DNA from: Ramazzottius varieornatus
Lineage: Eukaryota > Animalia > Tardigrada
NCBI GenBank assembly: GCA_001949185.1
Contig: BDGG01000009.1
Span: forward strand, 1-64,000
Direction: 5' to 3'
Length of the DNA: 64,000 nt
The notes beneath the pieces were generated by a model. That model searched no databases. It was not told the DNA's origin and saw nothing but the letters and a program-made list of their open reading frames with translations. Each line of letters opens with the position of its first letter. Within the stretch, counting starts at the first letter, position 1. Shown piece by piece: positions 60,414 to 64,000 of this stretch. A program made the translations under genes and the position numbers.

Positions 60414-62852
60414 CTATTTGGGCGTAAACTGAGCGTGTTTCAATTTTACGCTCATTTCACGCTGAAAACAATCTGAGAGCTTTTGAATTTTTGACGAAGG
60501 TTTTATTAAGTCAGCGGGAACCGCGAGCTGGCTGGAGCGGGTGAGCACGCAGAGGTCGGCGGGTGTCAGCCATGGAGAAAATTGTTGCGTCCGTACTCGC
60601 CTTCTGTAAGTCACAAAAACATCTTGCACAGCAATGTTCTTCTGGAACCAACAAAATGTAAGGAAGTACCTGTTGTATAACAAAATCCCGACAGTGGCTA
60701 ACAAGACCAGAGCTAATGTCGCCAGCAATGTGGCAAACTCGGTGCTTTGATATACCGTACCTCCTGCATGGAATAAAATGTTCAGAGCCTTCTCCCAGAG
60801 TGTATGAACAAGGCCATATACTGAGTCAGTACGCATAATTCTATTCTTACTCAAAGAGCAGTTGCCTCGATCGCCCAGAAATCCGCATGCGGGCTCGTTG
60901 AGAGGAACAATACCGGACGAAGCCGGAGGACCACCCCAGTCGATCGGACCTATCTCCACCAAAGTTTGTGGATCGGTGTACTCAAGACGAAACACCGCCT
61001 GCAAGAATTAAATCAATTCTGGATTATTGCTATACGCAATACCCGTGTTAAACCAACACAATGAGCAAATCTGAGTTCGGTATTAGAGCGGTGTATTAGC
61101 AGACGGTGGCACCTGAAATTGTCCTGTGGTCTGATTCATATCCGTCAGCTCTTCACGGATGAGACGCTGACCAATGTGGTCGAAGAACACTGAAGTGAAG
61201 GTGAGGTCGAATGTTCGGCTCATGAATTTCTTCGCGAGCGATGTTCCGCTTGTAAGATTCATATCGGGATTCGCAGTCAAACTTTCGTTAAGTACCCTGC
61301 CAAGAATGGCGAATGCGGTAAACACGGAAGAAACGAAGGGAAGTGGCTGCGAAAACAGAATTAGTCAGCATATTTATTATATGCGCACAGGAAAGGGGAA
61401 TTTGTTAGACCGTCGATTAGACTGAGATCAAAATCGAAACGAATGTCCATTCTGATTTTGTCCTACCAGCTCCTTGACCGGATAGGTTCTGTTCAATGCG
61501 GACACATAACCCGTGTTCAGATCGGACATGGATGTGCCGTCCGGCAACGCGTAGATTGATTGGTCCGGCCCGACGATGAGAACGGAGCGGAAGGCTTCGC
61601 GAGCCACGATGTCATCTTGATCGTCGTACTCCCAACTGAGTACACCAAGATCTCGAAATTTAAAGTGACTGTATGTCACGTAGACCTACAGTAAGACATC
61701 CCTTGGTGCGAAGGAGCCCGACAAAATAACCAGCAAGGTTATCACCGGCTTACATATTCTCCATTAGTCATATTTAGACGAGATGCTTGAATCTGTAACC
61801 ACACAGCCCAATTGTAAACGTGTACACAGTTTCGGGGGGAGGTGAGGACTCTGTTTACCATCAGCTGGCGGAATGGTTCTCCGTGACCAAGAAAAATAAG
61901 CACTAGAGAAAAAACGAAAGCCATGTTAATTCTTGCAAGAATTCGCAGACATTAATTCGAATATTCATTACCTCTGCTAACCCTTTGGAACAATCGCAGT
62001 TCAGCGCTGAAATCGGTGGACCGTCTTGAACTGACGGAAGCAGTCACGACCTCGAAACTCTTTGCTTGCAGAGCCTTCAACAGGAAACCCAGCACCAATG
62101 CATAGCCGCTGCCGGAACTCGTATCGTGCACCAGATAGATGTTGCGCCATTGAAATCGGGTCAGGATGGTGGTGAACACCTGTAGGGCGGGGGACCTGGG
62201 GATGGGTGAAGTCGTGATCCACGTGGGCGAAAGTAGTTTGTTGTGCAAGATGGTCGGGTCCGTTCCTTGCCTTGAACACAGAGCTCGATCTTAGTCCCCC
62301 GGTCGCATTGCCAATGATAATTTCAGAGACTCAAAAAAGAACATGCGCAACACTTTAAATTGAGTCACTGTACTTACGTTGAAATCATCAGTATATCCCA
62401 GTTTGCCAGTAGATGGTTTACAGCTTCCATCTCGGAACAAACTGAAAATATTCGCAATAACTATTCTCTCGGTAACGTGTTTTCTTCTTTGGCGTTTACT
62501 GTATCGTTCGTGAAGGCATACCGGGCGAAAGAAATACGTAAATGTCGGCTTTCGAACGCTTTCTGTGGTACCACTCGGCCAGCAAGAACTCGGACTGTGC
62601 CACGAGTTCCACGCAGTTGGTGACATTCGGATCAATCAGGTGCGTATGCTTTAGATAAAATGTACCATTGTATCTGGCTCGAAACCTCTCGGCCGCAGCG
62701 TCAAAAGTTGGGGACAGGTAGTGCATGGATCCAGCATGGCTAAAAGTCACTTGGCCCAAAGTCACGACTTCCAGGTTTTTCCTTGCGGATACCATTATGC
62801 AAGTTAGTAGACAAATCAGTTCAAATTTAGTTACGCAGTCCACTACGGCCAT
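60414..62852 (-). CDS. ANF-receptor-type (receptor guanylyl cyclase/NPR-like) ectodomain + TM with a short tail
   Basis: Signal peptide, SPTFDAAAERF, RFQWRNIYLVHD, MTNGEYVY, REAFRSVLIV, SGTSLAKKF, IDWGGP..PLNEPACGF, then a TM; no kinase-homology or cyclase exons seen. Confidence 0.75.
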
Positions 62853-63172
62853 TCTGGGATCTGGTACATCCTCAATCACCAAATCCTTACACTGACTTTT
62901 CAACATTATTAGCTTCAACGATGAAAATTGAGCAATCAATTAGGTGGCCGGACCTTGGCGACATGAGGGGAAACAGTGCGTCAACAAAACCGATCGTTGA
63001 AATTAGGCCTTATGATCGTTTATTCCCCTAATAGGCTTCTTGGTTCTCCGGAAATAAACGAAATTACAGGTGGGACCTGGAGATCATGTTTACCCTCGAG
63101 TGTACTTGCCTCCGCTCTCTGTGGCTCAATGATTAGACACGAGACGGGTTCCCGGCGGATGGCAGCAATCGG

Positions 63173-63515
63173 TACGAGGTAAACGACATAATTCGGGCAT
63201 ATCGATTTTCGCACCATAATTCGGGCAACCCGAAAGGTTTGAACATTACCTTCAACGCTTGATTCATCCCTCATCGTACGTGTGTTGATACAACAGTAGG
63301 CTGTTTGACATTGGACAGACCCATCTCTATCCCAGGCAGAATTCCCGTAATCTACAACGCTTTCCCGTTCTCAAACATATTGAAGCCTCGAGGAAAGGGA
63401 TCAGTCTACCTCAGGGAACAAGAAACGGTTCATTACGCGCAGCAGGAGCTAAGAAAAACTATGCCTGAATTACGAATGAAAAACCCCTATGCCCGAATTA
63501 TTGGTTTACCTCGTA
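63173..63515. mobile_element. MITE family A, copy 3
   Basis: TA-cgaggtaaacgacataattcgggcata ... tatgcccgaattattggtttacctcg-TA; closely similar to 28872-29215. Confidence 0.85.
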
Positions 63516-63546
63516 TTGTTCGGAGTGGTACGGCAGAGGAAATTCC

Positions 63547-63670
63547 GATACTGTATACTCTCCCGAAATTCACGTACGTCACTCCATTCAGAGTGTAAAA
63601 CTAGAGAAAGAGTTCTCATACGGTGACCATAACAGTGACGTACGTGAATTTCGGGAGAGCATACAGTATC
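63547..63670. mobile_element. Short MITE-like inverted repeat (37-bp arms, one mismatch)
   Basis: gatactgtatactctcccgaaattcacgtacgtcact / agtgacgtacgtgaatttcgggagagcatacagtatc; TACTGTA ends as in 47365-47578. Confidence 0.75.
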
Positions 63671-64000
63671 ACAATGCCAATATTGCTTGTCAGCCGGTGA
63701 TCACGTACTATTATCAGTAACCATTTACTCATGTAACAAGTCAAGTGACCACCGGCGGGGACGCAATACCGATACCGAAAATACTCGACACACACGACCG
63801 AACCGTAAAGAACAACTGGCGACAAGTAATAAAGTTCTGTGGTCGGATGCCACTGGACCGGGAGGCGGCCAGCCGACGGATGTAAGCGATTACGTCACTG
63901 CGGAGTTTTCCTCAAGCTTGAAGTCATGAGAACTTTGTGAAGGGATCGCCTTCAGTGGTTTGTTTTTGATGGGTTGTTTTCCCAGTGTATTTTCCTTCGT

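Overview
Eukaryotic (metazoan) genomic DNA: gene-dense, roughly balanced GC, short GT-AG introns, two 50-N gaps. The compact layout and gene content suggest a small invertebrate genome such as a tardigrade (Ramazzottius-like); this is inference only. Spliced genes reconstructed by eye: vezatin, PGM2, ninjurin, a TRH-receptor-like GPCR, an orphan class A GPCR, SCFD1/SLY1, a modular C2H2 zinc-finger protein, ENKD1, a NUDT2-like Nudix protein, cyclin L, an XK-related protein, SAMD8/SMSr, a BAG3/starvin-like co-chaperone, a PL14 polysaccharide lyase, an ANF-receptor-type membrane protein and several orphans. Also present are a bacterial-type GNAT pseudogene split by a hAT MITE and several other MITE/foldback families. 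The most striking signal is a dispersed ~110-120 bp dyad element with core CAAGTGGCGCAC-N25-GTGCGCCACTTG inside looser GGCAAA...TTTGCC outer arms. It occurs as about 34 units at about 28 loci, almost all inside 150-450 nt introns and none in exons. Spacer length is nearly invariant while spacer sequence is divergent, arms show copy-specific symmetry, and tandem units repeat every ~73-80 bp. All coordinates and counts were read by eye and need computational confirmation.
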